DNA from: Octopus sinensis | Lineage: Eukaryota | Direction: 5' to 3' | Length of the DNA: 64,000 nucleotides | Assembly: GCF_006345805.1 (NCBI RefSeq) | Contig: NC_043006.1 | Coordinates: 95,728,001-95,792,000, forward strand | Shown: positions 39,713 to 53,269 of the stretch, piece by piece | Position numbering within the stretch: the stretch's first letter is position 1 | Layout: each line of letters begins with the position of its first letter | Translations under genes and position numbers: made by a program | The notes under the pieces: model-generated | What the model saw: only the letters and a program-made list of their open reading frames with translations | Told to the model about the DNA's origin: nothing | Databases searched by the model: none

Positions 39713-40142
39713 TCCTTATTTAAAATGCTACAACGGTCAACGTATTAATTTCCCCAACTCAATACCGATAAAATAATCTTTACTCCATGGTATGGATTGA
39801 CAGAATTGCTCGAACATCAAACGAAGTGTTTTGCGGATCTTTCTGTTCGGACTTTGTCGCTGAGAGACCCAATTTGCTGCGCAGTTTAACCACACCACCC
39901 GGTTCTTGTGTGAATTTAGCTGAGTTTATTCTTTAGATTTCGAGTAAAGTCTCCTGATTTAAGAAGATCAAACCACTTTATCTTGCCACTTGAGCAACCA
40001 AATTTATTTAATGCATCTTTTTCTTCTTCCTGTATAAACATGAAAGTGGAAATATTTTTCTCACTAGTCCATTAAATCCTTAGACAAAATGTAAAAATCT
40101 CAGACAAAACTTAATTTTATAATATATTTTCCCTACTTTTAA

Positions 40143-40335
40143 TATTGGTTTCAAATCTTGGCACTAAGCCAGAATATTTGGGGAAAGGTCCAAGTCGATT
40201 ACATCCAACACCACTGTTCAACTGGTAGTAGTTTTTCCTATCCTGAAAGAGAGAAAGGTTAGGTCGACCTGGGAAGTATTTAAACTCAGAAAGTAAAACA
40301 GACGAAATGTCGTTAAGCGTTTTGATCGGCGTGCT
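40143..40335 (-). mobile_element. Family B SINE
   Basis: Reverse-complement match to 26017-26235. Confidence 0.75.
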
Positions 40336-40459
40336 TTTAATACTGAGTTGCACAAGTTATTGGTCGAGCCTCCAATGTTGGGCAGGTCAAGGGATAGAAG
40401 CCAGACAATTATGGAACAAATATTTCCCGAGATAAAAGAAGCATTTGCATAGGTCCCTA

Positions 40460-40655
40460 ACTAGAGAAAGAAGCTAAATTATAGAAGCATCGACGAAAAT
40501 TCAAGCCCCAACAAGCCCAGGGAGAGAAAAGCATTTTCTTAGGGAAACATGAGATGGGATCTTCAGGAAAGCTGGAAAATAAAACAACCCCGAGTCGTGA
40601 ACAGTGGAGAAAAGCCGTTGATGGCCTATGTTCCATAAGGAGCGAAGGGTTTAAA
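40460..40655 (+). mobile_element. RTE-clade LINE extreme 3' fragment
   Basis: SREQWRKAVDGLCSIR resembles the RTE C-terminal R..WR..V.GLC motif. Confidence 0.5.
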
Positions 40656-41364
40656 GTCAACATTAATTTCATGAGTTTTAAATTCATTTTAACTTTGAAA
40701 AGAAGCATGTCATACTCATTTATTTGGGTTATTTGCATCTATAATTCATTTTATTTAATGAATATTTCAAAGAATCGTCATAAGACCTATGCATTTATGC
40801 ATTTATTGATGTCACATGTTGATGTTTTCCATGTCAAAATAGTTTTAGTTAAGCAACATCTTCGATTATAATTATATTCAACAGCACTTATTTTGGTTTG
40901 GACAAAGTGTGCCTCTTCCACACTTTTTCTATTTTTTTAAATAATTCTTCAAATAACCTTTATCATTGTTAGCCAACTTAGAATACTTTGTTGTAGTAAT
41001 TATTGATGAGGTATTCAGTGAACCCTAATTATAAATGTGATTAAGTAAAGTAAATGCAATATCTGACTTGGCGTATGTCACATTTATTTTAGTATGTCTA
41101 GCTATCTTCACACGGAACCTACCAGCAACTACAAGATTTAAATACGCAGTTATAAAGACGGTAGATATATTGCTTTTAATCCAGACAACGTAAAAATTGG
41201 CTAAATATTAATCCACCTGCAAATTGCGAATAAGAAATAAATTACAACATCAAATTCCAGTCTTCTATTAAATACGTTGACATATTTATTAAGTCGTGAA
41301 ACTACTTGAAGACGTTTAATTCAGTAATTTAGAATATACAAACTGTACTACGACAACTGGTCTG

Positions 41365-41387
41365 TAATAATAATAATAATAATAATA

Positions 41388-41421
<34 letters not shown>

Positions 41422-41447
41422 TCATAATAATAATAATAATAATAATA

Positions 41448-41485
<38 letters not shown>

Positions 41486-41530
41486 CTGTAATAATAATAA
41501 TAATAATATAATAATAATAATAATAATAAT
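41365..41530. repeat. (AAT)n/(AGT)n compound microsatellite
   Basis: Read directly. Confidence 0.97.
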
Positions 41531-42085
41531 GCCCTGATGCAGTACCAGGCAGTGGCTCTCATGGCTTCTGATCGTAACTGATTGGAAGTGTTATCATGTA
41601 CATTGTTTTGTCTTGGTATAAAAGATGGGCTACAGCAAATATTCTGCTCAATACCACAGATTTGCTTGTCAGTTGTTTGACCTTAACCAGTTGAGCATGT
41701 CCCTTAGTGGTTGACGATACGTGCATCTCTGATCACGGGCAGAAGTAGTGGGGGAGCATCATAGCCATGTGTTGAGAGGGATTCTTTGGGGTTTGAATAG
41801 TTCACCTCTGGAAACATTGGTGTTTCGTTCAACATCCTTAAACAACCCTTATTCAGGGACCTTTTGAGCAGGATGGGCTACTCTACCAGAAGAAAATTCT
41901 AACTGGGCCCCACCTACAAGGTCATGTGCTGTTTATCTTGATATGAGATCACCATGTCGCGCACATATGGTTGTGATGCATGTACCTGGTGTACCCTTAT
42001 CAGACGGGTAGTCATGATAGGTATACTGGGCTTCGTATATTTTACCCCAGTGTCACTTTGATGGCATGCACTGCTCTCTCACTCA
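41531..42085 (+). mobile_element. Non-coding interspersed repeat, probably the 3' part of a non-LTR element, bounded by (AAT)n
   Basis: GC-richer block flanked on both sides by (AAT)n. A short related segment (cttagtggctgacgata) recurs near 44753. No ORF recognised. Confidence 0.5.
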
Positions 42086-42149
42086 ATAATAATAATAATA
42101 ATAATAATGATAATATTAATAAAAAGAAAATTTGGAAAAGATATTAATA

Positions 42150-43939
42150 ATATTAATAACCCACTCTCAAACAAATTGGATATTACCAGATATGGGTACA
42201 AAGTTTTTAGTAAGTCAATAAATTACCTTTTCTATATGGACGACCGAAAGCTGTTTGCCAGGAATGACCAAGAACTAGAAGGGCTGCTAAAAACTGTTAA
42301 AGAATTTAGCAATGATATCGGAATGGATTTTGACCTTGATAAGTGTGCTAAAGCAACTTTTGTAAGAGGCAAGCTCAGGCAAACAGCTTCTGTTAAATTA
42401 GATATTGACACTACCATCAAGGAACTTGACCCAACAAGAAAGTTACAAATACCTAGGAATCAACGAAGGAGATGGTATACATCATGCTACTATGAAGGAA
42501 AAAATAAGAAAGGAATACTATAGGAGAATAAGATTTGTACTGAAGACTGAATTCAACTCCAAAAATTGCATTGAGGCCATTAACACCTTGGTACTTCCAG
42601 TAGTCCAGTGCAGTTTTAACATCATTAACTAGAACCTTACGGACCTCCAACGCTTGGACAGGAAGACAAGGAAATTACTGACATCCAAGAACATGCACCA
42701 CCCTAAGGCAGATGTAGACCGCCTGTACCTACCTAGAAGCAGCGGGGGGAGAGGAATGATGCAATTAGAGCTGTGCTATAAGACCTCCACTGTAGGAATG
42801 AACAGGTACCTATCTAGTACAAAGGACTGAATGCTGCGACTTGTGTGCGAACACGAAAGCAGCAAAAAGCTGCATTGTATTTTCAAGGAAGCTTATAAGT
42901 TCGAAAGGGAACTAGATATTAATCTTGAATCAGATGAAGAGCCGAAAACCACTGCTACCAAGCAAGCAAAGCGAATCAAGCAGACTGCAAAAAAGAACGG
43001 GCAGAATCAAATTGAGAGGCAGTGGAGCCAGAAGCCCCTGCATGGACAATATTTTCTCCGAAGCCAAAATGCTGATGTAGACCAAACAACAACCCATCAG
43101 TGGCTGAAGAGTTCAGGATTGAAAGTAGAGACTGAAGGCTTCATACTGGCAGCACAAGATCAAAGCTTGTTTACCAGAAATTACCAGGCTAGCGTTCTCC
43201 GAAACGGTACTGACCATAAATGCAAATTCTGCGACACATTTGGCGAAACAATAGATCATCTCGTTTCGGGATGTCCTGTGCTGACACCAAACGAATACAA
43301 AAATCGCCACGATAGGGTAGGACAGTATATACATTGGAAGATATGTAAACACTACAAATTCGGCACTCCTGCTAACTGGTATGAACACCATCCTCAGCCA
43401 GTTGTTGAAGGTAAAGATGTCACCATCCTCTGGAATTTTCCATTCAACACTGACAGAACGATCACGGTTAATCGACCAGACATAATTGTTAAAGACAGGG
43501 AAGAAAATACCTGCAGACTAATAGAGGTAAGCGTCCCCACTGATAAAAATATATCTGTAAAGGAATTTGACAAACTTAGTAAATATAAGGACTTGGAAAT
43601 CGAAATACAAAAGATGTGGAATCTTAAAACAAAAACTGTTCTAGTTATTGTAGGTACACTAGGTATGAAAAAAAGGGATGTCAGAAACACCTAGACAATA
43701 TCCTTGGAGAACCATGTCTCAAGGAAGTCCAAAAGATTGTACTAACAAGTACTGCCCACATCCTTAGAAAAATACTATCAATGTAAATGTTTGTGTTGTA
43801 TTACATGGAGATATTTCTCTACTTCCCCTCCCTAAGCTTTCAGCTGTATTTCAACAACACTTAACCTTCACTTGCCCTAGGGCGCTGGGTGTGCCCCGGC
43901 AAGTGATTGCATCAAACATGCAGATTAAAAGTAAATGGC

Positions 43940-43940
<1 letters not shown>
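42150..43940 (+). mobile_element. Dong/R4-type LINE (RT, CCHC knuckle, restriction-like endonuclease), 5'-truncated
   Basis: FYMDD, YKYLG, HHPKADVDRLY, LHGQY, CKFC...ETIDHLVSGC, RHD, RPDI, IEVSVP, KLSKYKDL; followed by (AAT)n. Confidence 0.93.
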
Positions 43941-44003
<63 letters not shown>

Positions 44004-44027
44004 GTAATAATAATAATAATAATAATA

Positions 44028-44700
<673 letters not shown>

Positions 44701-45147
44701 AATAAACACACTAATAATTCTGTCTAGCAACGGCACAAAGCCTGAAATGTCGCTTAGTGGCTGACGATATGTGATTCTCCGGTTTTCAACAACACGAGCA
44801 ATGTCCGAGTTATACTTTGCGCAAGAGATCTTGCTACTCGCTTCTAGCTGTTAGCAGTACCAGTTGACCAATGGTTTCTGGGTAATTCCCCGTCGTCGGA
44901 TCTGAAAAACTGTTGGCTAGAAATAGCAGCCACTCGACCTTACAGTATATAAATATAGAAGCAAAAGAAAGCCGCTGATCTCGTAACGAGTATAAATAAC
45001 TAGTTTTAAATCTCCGAATGAGATGTATGTAGTTATAGTACTGTAAAGTTTATTTGCCAACATAAAGTGGCAGTCCAGCGTAGGTCTACGTTATGACGTT
45101 TTAACCAAAGGAAAACATCTTTTTCAGCAGGTTATCGACACATGATT

Positions 45148-45226
<79 letters not shown>

Positions 45227-45287
45227 ATATATAATATATATACTCTTTACTCTTATTCTTTTACTCTTTATATATATATATATATAT

Positions 45288-45408
45288 ATTAACAATTAAG
45301 GAACGGCCATAATAGGCCATTCACCCACTAAAATAACAGCCAAAGCTCTACCGCAAATAAAGATCAATTCCGTAAACGGCCTATTATGGCCGTTCCTTAA
45401 TTGTTAAT
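45288..45408. repeat. Perfect 31-bp inverted repeat with 59-nt spacer
   Basis: attaacaattaaggaacggccataataggcc (45288-45318) / ggcctattatggccgttccttaattgttaat (45378-45408). Confidence 0.9.
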
Positions 45409-45572
45409 GTTGAACTTAAAAATGGTCTATGACTATTTAATTTTTTTCCCGCTGGCCGCTTGTGGCAATAAAATTCTACAAAATTTCTTGCCACCCTATA
45501 TTGATTAAATATATAATATATATATTACTCTTTACTCTTACTCTTTTACTCTTTATATATATATATATATAT

Positions 45573-45614
<42 letters not shown>

Positions 45615-45690
45615 AATTTAAACATACTAAGGGCTTTAAAAAAAATTAAAATATAGTTTATTGCATTGAACGTTGATAAAGTGATATGAG

Positions 45691-45784
45691 GGCCTGATGA
45701 TTGGGGTTACATTTCAAGAAGGGTTCCAGGAAAACACAGAGTGGTTTAGGACCCGAGCATGTACCTCATGAAACACGTGTTGCC
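45691..45784 (+). ncRNA. Type-I hammerhead motif with long stem II (Penelope-like)
   Basis: GGC-CTGATGA-ttggggttac...gtacctcat-GAAAC-ACGT-GTT-GCC. Helix III is the palindrome AACACGUGUU. Confidence 0.65.
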
Positions 45785-45950
45785 AAGTAATAAAACAGTA
45801 GGTATTTAAAATAAAAATAAAAATTACTTTTTATATGGAAGGATGTAGGGGCCTACTATCTCTAAATTAATATATATTTCTTCATTGAGAGTAATTTGAA
45901 CCTCTGTTATGCCGGAATTTTTATTCCCTGGAAAATAATATTTATATAAA

Positions 45951-46031
<81 letters not shown>

Positions 46032-46618
46032 ATATATATAATATATATATATATATAATATATATAATATATGTATATAAATATATAAATATATATATAT
46101 ATAAATAAATATATGTTTAATATATATATATATATATATGTAATAGAACATGAAGTTTGTTCATGAATTATTTAGTCCCGTCACTTACACACGTAATCAT
46201 AATGTCCCTTATTTATCGAAAACTTTCTATGAAGATTACATTATCAAATGATCAGATATTGCATAACACTTGTAAATAACCGCCAAGATTTATAATCGAC
46301 ACCGGACAGTGTTGCCGTAGCAACGACCATATATACTGTGTCCATATATGATCTTAAATACTGAAAGGGAAGGAAGAGAGTGTTGCTGATCGAGTAGATA
46401 ACGAAGTATATATATATATCTATTGTGGCTATAAAAATGGAGAGAGACGAGTATTTGTTTCTGTCAAACGTCAAAGATCGTAGCGGGGTATGTCTACAGC
46501 TGAATATTTGCTTATACTTACAAGCTGATATTTATTATTCGTCTTCGCGGACAATATAGTCAGTGTATACATACACAGACAGTTATACGTACATATGCCC
46601 GCAATATGTACGCGCGTA

Positions 46619-47456
46619 CGAGGAGGTAGCAAAAAGTAAGAGGAAACGTTCTCTGTGGGACAACCCTGTTGTAGTTCTTGTTTCTGCCGCTAGGAGCCAC
46701 TTGATGCGACTGTAAGGCTTCAGTCTGCCGAATTGCATCCTTGGGTGTAGTTATACTTTCATGTGGTGCGTCGAATTTTGCGTTGGCTGAAACGAAGGGA
46801 CGGCGTGCTTCCGTGAAATTTTGTTTTCCGCCGAGAAAAGCTTACAAGGACGCTGCCATGAGCAAAATATAACTTTAAAAGTGGCTTCCACGCTTTAGGA
46901 ATGGTCACTTGACGCTTGAAAGCCAACCACGTTCAGGACGACCGGTGACCTCCTGAACGGATATTAACATGATGAAAATTCATAAACTGATCTTGGATGG
47001 GCGCGACACCGAACAATTGACAAACTTGCTGTATGACTGGTGTGTTCTTGAGCTCCCACCAACGAATTTCTAGCAAGAAATGAAAAGAGTTGCAGCAAAA
47101 TGTGTGCTTCGCTTGCTAACGGAAGTTCAAAAACAGACACGACTGAATGTATGTCGTAAACTGGAAGAACAGTTAGAAGTAAATCCGATCTTGTGGTGCT
47201 ACAGCAATACGGTACTACAGAATTTGAACAACAGAATTTGCAGATGTGGAAGAGGTGAAAGAAAAAAGACAACGGAGGTTTTAAAAGGAATCACTTCGCA
47301 AGAATTCCAGCACTCTTTCGAATAGTAGTAAACGCGCCTGGGCCGATGCATTGCTTCAATTGGAGAATACTTTGAAGGCGATAAAAGCGTAAATACCGAA
47401 AACTAAGTGAATAAAATAATATTGCAAAATTCCGGTTTGTTTTTGGTACAGCCTCG
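46619..47456 (+). mobile_element. Internally deleted mariner with both TIRs and TA TSD
   Basis: TA|CGAGG...CCTCG|TA. Contains ASVKFCF, PRSGRP, MKRVAAKCVLRLL and C-terminal RCIASIGEYFEGDK; the catalytic core is missing. Confidence 0.88.
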
Positions 47457-47726
47457 TATACATAACCGTATATGTATACACACACACACACACATTTATA
47501 TAGATCCTGGTGTAAATACACAAATCACTGAACACACTCAAATATATACCATATGATATTATCTTCAAATTTTTGCAAAAAGGGCAGCAACTTCACGAGA
47601 GGGATTAAGTCGATTGCATCGAATTTGAACTCAGAACGTAACAGTTTAATTAAGCATTTTGCCTAGCGTGCTGGCGATTCCGCCTGATGGCCGCCTTAAA
47701 CTGTAATAACTTAATGTGGTATATTA

Positions 47727-47930
47727 GGGCAATGAGCTGGCGGAATGGTTAGCACGTTAGGCAAAATGGTCTGCTGCACTTGGTCCGTCTTTACGCTCCG
47801 AGTTCAAATTCCGCCGGGGCCGACTTCGCCTTTCATACTGTCGATATATTAAGTTTCAGTTGAGCACTGACGTGGATGTAATCGATTTCTTCCTCCTCCG
47901 AACTTGCTGGTACTTTCTCTAAATTTGCAG
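47727..47930 (+). mobile_element. Family B SINE
   Basis: gagctggcggaatggttagcacg...gagttcaaattccgcc...gcctttcat. Confidence 0.8.
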
Positions 47931-47937
47931 CCATGAT

Positions 47938-48530
47938 ATTCTTTTCTACTCCAGGCACTACGTTCGAAATCTTTGGGAAAGAGGCCCGTCGATTAGATCG
48001 ACCTTAGTACGCAACTGGTGCTTAATTCATCGACCCGAAAGGATGAAAGGCAAAGTCAACCTCGGCGGAATTTGAACTCAGACCGCAAAGGCAGACGAAA
48101 TACCTATTTATTTACTTCCCACGAGGGGCTAAACACAGAGAGGACAAACAAGGACAGACAAACGGATGAAATAGATAACATCGACCCCAGTTCGTAACTG
48201 GTACTTATTTGATCGACCTCGAAAGGATGAAAGGCAAAGTCGACCTCGAGGGAATTTGAACTCAGAACCTAGCGGCAGACGAAATACCTATTTCTTTACT
48301 ACCCACAAGGGGCTAAACACAGAGAGGACAAACAAGGACAGACAAACGGATGAAATAGATAACATCGACCCCAGTTCGTAACTGGTACTTATTTAATCGA
48401 CCTCGAAAGGATGAAAGGCAAAGTCGACCTCGACGGAATTTGAACTCAGAACCTAGCGGCAGACGAAATACCTATTTCTTTACTAAGCATTTCGCCCTGC
48501 ATGCTAACGTTCCTGCCAGCTCGCTGCCTT
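47938..48530 (-). mobile_element. Family B SINE variant with a tandemly repeated ~183-bp internal unit
   Basis: aactggt...gaaaggatgaaaggcaaagtc...gaatttgaactcaga occurs three times, separated by two ggggctaaacacagagaggacaaac spacers. Confidence 0.9.
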
Positions 48531-48714
48531 TGCGTTAAAATCCATATTTATAGCAATAATGACATAAAGCTGGGGGTTTTTTTTTCTATACAGACGTGCA
48601 AATGTGTAGATAGGAATATTTTACGCATTATATGCTGATAACACTCTGTGGAAAGGATTTAAATGTAACAATGACTTAATGTACCACAATGTGGATGATA
48701 TTAATAATGGAGCA

Positions 48715-48948
48715 ATCTCGTCATATTCGGTGTGTCATGCTAAATCTTCCTGAGTACTACTTTGAGAGTACGTGTGTCTGTGGAGTGCTCGACCACTTGC
48801 ACTTTAATTTCATGAGCAGGTTGTTCCCTTGTTTATCCTATAAGAGAATTGTGTAAGTAACTATGCCTAAACTGTGCTTATGACAATGGATAAGCGTTAA
48901 TGATCGATCAACTGGAACACACCTCGTCGTTAACCGACGGAAAGCCAG
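48715..48948 (+). mobile_element. Family C SINE 3' part carrying a ~72-bp foreign insert
   Basis: Matches 735-888 except for an insert at about 48832-48902. Confidence 0.75.
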
Positions 48949-49152
48949 GCCATAGTTTAAAATCAGGACCAACTGTGCTTTAAATCCGTATATTCTCTGC
49001 AAGTCAAGCTGCATTGCATAAGTTTATGTTAGTAAATGAATAGACATCACAGAAACTCTGAAAGGAGACATATTTCATATTTTCAAGAACCAGACGCATA
49101 ATAATAGAAACAATCACGAAAATACTAACGTAAGCATTCACACTAGAATTAC

Positions 49153-49730
49153 ACGAGTGGTTGTGTAGCAAGTAGCTTTCTTACCAGCCATATTGTTCTA
49201 GGTTCAGTCCCACTGCGTGGAACCTTGGGCATGTGTCTTCTGCTATAGCCACGGGCCGACCAGAACCTTGTGACTGGATTTGGTAGACGGAAATTGAAAG
49301 AAGCCCGTCGGAGGCGTAGGAGTGGCTGTGTGGTAAGTAGATTGCTTACCAATCACATGGTTCCAGGTTCAGTCCCACTGCGTGGCACCTTGGGCAAGTG
49401 TTTTCTACTATAGCCTAGGGCCGACCAAAGCTTTGTGAGTGGATATGGTAGACGGAAACTGAAAGAAGCCCGTCGTATATATGTATATATATATGTATGT
49501 GTGTGTATATGCTTGTGTGTCTGTGTTTGTCCCCCCAACATCGCTTGATAACCGATGGTGTTTTGTTTACGTCCCCGTAACTTAGCTGTTCTGCAAACGA
49601 GACCGATAGAATAAGTACTAGGCTTACAAAGAATAAGTCCTGAGGTTAACTTGTTCGACTAAAAGCGGTGCTCCAGTATGACCGCAGTCAAATGACTGAA
49701 ACAAATAAAAGAATAAAAGAATAAAAGAAT
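49153..49730 (+). mobile_element. Family A SINE dimer: head-only copy (49153-49310) plus full-length copy (49311-49730)
   Basis: Two tandem heads with ggttcagtcccactgcgtgg(c/a)accttgggca, one internal microsatellite and one tail ending (aaaagaat)n. Confidence 0.9.
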
Positions 49731-50089
49731 AGTACTTAGTACTAAAATCATACAATGTGAGGACAAATCAAACTAAGTAGCAGAAGGAAAATGCAGGTTT
49801 AGTAATGCGTCGAGGATTCTCTGTATGTAATTCACCCCCTCTGTAATACAAGAGCAGGCATTCAGTGTCTCCCTGAAGGTAAATACCTCGTAAATAAGGT
49901 TATCTTCAAACACAATGTAATTACGTCAACTGACAATATATACGAATTCATTAACGCTTATCCATTGTCATACACATCGTTTAGGCATAGTTACTTACAC
50001 AATTCTCTTGCAGGATGAACAAAATTCACTTCCCCCATCATTGGGAATTTAAGGAAATCGATTGACCGAGTGAACCACAGTAGTTATTC

Positions 50090-50610
50090 ATTTTACGCTT
50101 TCACTTGCTTCAGTTATAAGGTTGATGCCATGCTGGGGCTTCGCCTTGAAGTATTTTAGTCGAGCGAATTGACTAGTGCCTATTCTATTGGGCACATCCG
50201 CTGAAACCCTAATGTACGGGGACATAGCCTCATCAACACCGGTTGTTCAACGGTGCTGACGGACAAAACACACACGCGTACACACACACATTCACACACA
50301 GACATACACACACATGTATATTTCAAGTAAAAGATTCAAATAAACGAATAAAAAGAAGAATAAAAACGAACCTGAGGACGTGCACAAAAAATATAATAAC
50401 TTGACGCACGGTGAAAGGAGAAAGTTTGACGTTTCGTGCAAAGATCTTCGTCAGAAAGGAGGCAGGGGAAATCCAAAAAGGAAAAGAAATAGCCAACGAC
50501 AAGCTTCTTTCAGTTTTCCTCTCCAAATCCACTCACAAAGCTTTGATCGGGCTGAAGCTGTACTGAACCAGGAACCATATGGTTGGGAAGCAAACATCTT
50601 ACAACAGACA
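50090..50610 (-). mobile_element. Degenerate family A SINE with internal insertion
   Basis: Tail at 50090-50270 and head at 50495-50610, both in reverse orientation. Confidence 0.6.
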
Positions 50611-50626
50611 CACGCTTTCGCATAAG

Positions 50627-51502
50627 TGGTCTCATCAATAAGTATACCGACAGTTGCCATAGAAATGAAAGCTAAAGCATGCAGAGTGAAGTCGCTTGAC
50701 ACAGGTTGACCTCAAACTCTGCTGTGCATGCGCACTAATGTGTACCGTTCTAGTTTACTTCCACTGTTTACAGCAGTGCTTGGAAGAAACGTGTGTGGCG
50801 TGTGATCGTCGCATTAAAATTCACAACGAAAGTTGAAAAGAGAATGCATCAAATTTTGCCGAAAGCTTGGCGATACTTGCTCGGAAGCCTACGCAAATTT
50901 TCAAAAAATGTTCATCGTTCTCGACACAATCAAAATCTTGTGCAACTGAAACCCGAGTGTCTCTTTAGTCAGCTGAAAACAGTTTTGGCACAACCTTGGC
51001 AGAACGCGTCTCATACTCAAATCTTCGGAGATAATTGACTGAATTGAACCGTGACTAATCTGCACATCCTCTGATGAATTACGGATGGTGATTAGACGAT
51101 TTCTCTTTACAGCTGCACGAACATCTGAAATGTTTTTCTTAGTTCTGCTGGTTGCAGCTCTCTGGGAATGTTCGTGAATAACGACATTTTTTTCTGCCAT
51201 CTTTGAAACGTCTGAACCACTCGTACACTTGCGTGAAGCTCATATAATCCTCACCATACACTTTCTGCAAATTTGTGTCCGCCTCTGTGTTATTGCCATG
51301 ACAACTTTCTGTTGTGGTAAATGCGACGATCACCCTCAGTACACGTTCCTTCCAAGCACCGCGGTAAGCAGAGGAAGTAAACTAGAACGTTAAAACTTAG
51401 TGAGCTTTCACAACAGAGATAATGATCAATCTATGCCAAGCGGCATTACTCTGCGTGCTTTAACATCGTTACTATGTCAACAGTCCGGATACTTATTGAT
51501 GA
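50627..51502. mobile_element. mariner fold-back derivative made of two inverted left ends
   Basis: 50633-50830 is a diverged reverse complement of 51305-51502. Transposase N-terminus on both strands (CIKFCRKLG on +; VYGEDYMSFTQVYEWFRRFKDG and LSMRRV on -). Confidence 0.85.
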
Positions 51503-51822
51503 GTTATGGTCATTGACACTATAACACTATCCAAAGGCGATTAAAAATCTTAAAGGTTAATTAAGAGGGTTACGGAATTTCTGATGATAAGATAGTGTAA
51601 TCTTCTTATGAGATTTTCCGTATATAGTGGATGGTATTATCATTAATAAAACACGTGCTAAATACTTCATTAACGAAGTTCCATGTTGTGGTTATATCTA
51701 TACTTCCTAACTAATAAAAGGAAACCAGAGAACGAGTTCTTCTCTGGCAGCTTTCATGATAAGAAGAGTATGGAATATATGTATGTGTATATATGTATAT
51801 ATATATAATATATATATATATA

Positions 51823-51865
<43 letters not shown>

Positions 51866-52536
51866 TGTATATATATATATACATATTGTAAATAAATGTG
51901 AAGAATATTACCTTAAAAAGGATTGCACGGGCCACATATTAAATAAGTCTATAAATCTTTATCCCTAGAATAAATCCAATTTAACCTAAAGATTCAACGT
52001 CTCAAATAATATTAGCCTTAAAGAAGTTTTTTTAGAGTTGTGTTTTTTATTCTCATGATACTTAGCGCAGAAGAGAAGGGTTAGCCATTTCCACAGATTA
52101 AAGGAGTGAACATGCAGATAAGTATTCTTCCTTGATAAATTTTAGTAAATAGTTTCATTTACTAGTTTTATTCAATAAATTTATAACACATATAGAGATT
52201 TTTTTTGATTTTTTAAATATTATTGACATACGTTTGCCATAATTATGGTAATATATACAAGTATTGACAGGGGTAAATTCCACAGTAAATTATAAATTCT
52301 TGTAAAGATTTTATAGATAGGCGATTTAATTTGATGCGGTTATAAAATAACCGATGAGAATTGTTTTATGTTTAGCTCTTTCTACATATATAAATATATA
52401 TATATACATATATATAGATCGGTATTGTATTTTTAGGAGTTAAATTTTATGCTATTTCTATGAATTTAAAAAATTTTATAATTTTGCAATTGTTATACAA
52501 TTTTTTAAAAATCATATAAAATATTTAGGAAGTTTT

Positions 52537-52572
<36 letters not shown>

Positions 52573-52831
52573 ATTTTATTTTTATAGAAGGAGCTTATAT
52601 ATTATATATTCTTATTTTAAAGAAGATAACTTAGAATTTGTAGGATTAAGTAGCATTCATTAATAATAATAATATAAAGAAAAATAGCCTAAGGACGCAC
52701 TGGTGGATGTTTGTATTAGGTATAGCCTGGTATATAACATATTAAATGTTTAAATACTTTTAATTACTTCTAATGTACTTTATTTTATTATACGACATAG
52801 TAGGATTTAAAATGATTATATCTGAGGAATT

Positions 52832-52895
52832 TCAACCGTGTTTCGTGGTCTGCTACCACAATAGCTCCTTTATAGGATCCAGTTAGCTCAAGACA
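52832..52895 (-). ncRNA. Degenerate hammerhead motif in a probable Penelope-like remnant
   Basis: Minus strand reads CTGATGA-tgt...ac-GAAAC-ACG-GTT; helix I is weak. Confidence 0.4.
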
Positions 52896-53115
52896 TCATC
52901 AGGAGGAGGCACGTCTGGTTTCAGTCCCTACTCCTCTACCGTCTTGACGTGGCGGGCCCCCTTTCGCAGGTGTCCTCAGCTCTGGTGTGCCAGGTGCATG
53001 TCTTCTTTCTTCTGGTCCCTGGCCTCTTTATGGATATAACTTTCTATGTGTACTCTAGATTATAAAGTTGTCCTAAAATTGAAGTTGTGGTCCTATTTGT
53101 AAAATCCTAAATTTG

Positions 53116-53150
<35 letters not shown>

Positions 53151-53177
53151 TATATATATATATTATATATATATACA

Positions 53178-53214
<37 letters not shown>

Positions 53215-53269
53215 TAGTAATGCAATACTAGAGTATTGCTTTCCAGTTAAGAATAGCCCGTGAGGAAAC

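Noticed and set aside
47990-48480. Regularly spaced repeats suggestive of a CRISPR array
   Set aside because: Eukaryotic context, identical spacers, units of about 183 bp derived from a SINE, and no cas genes.
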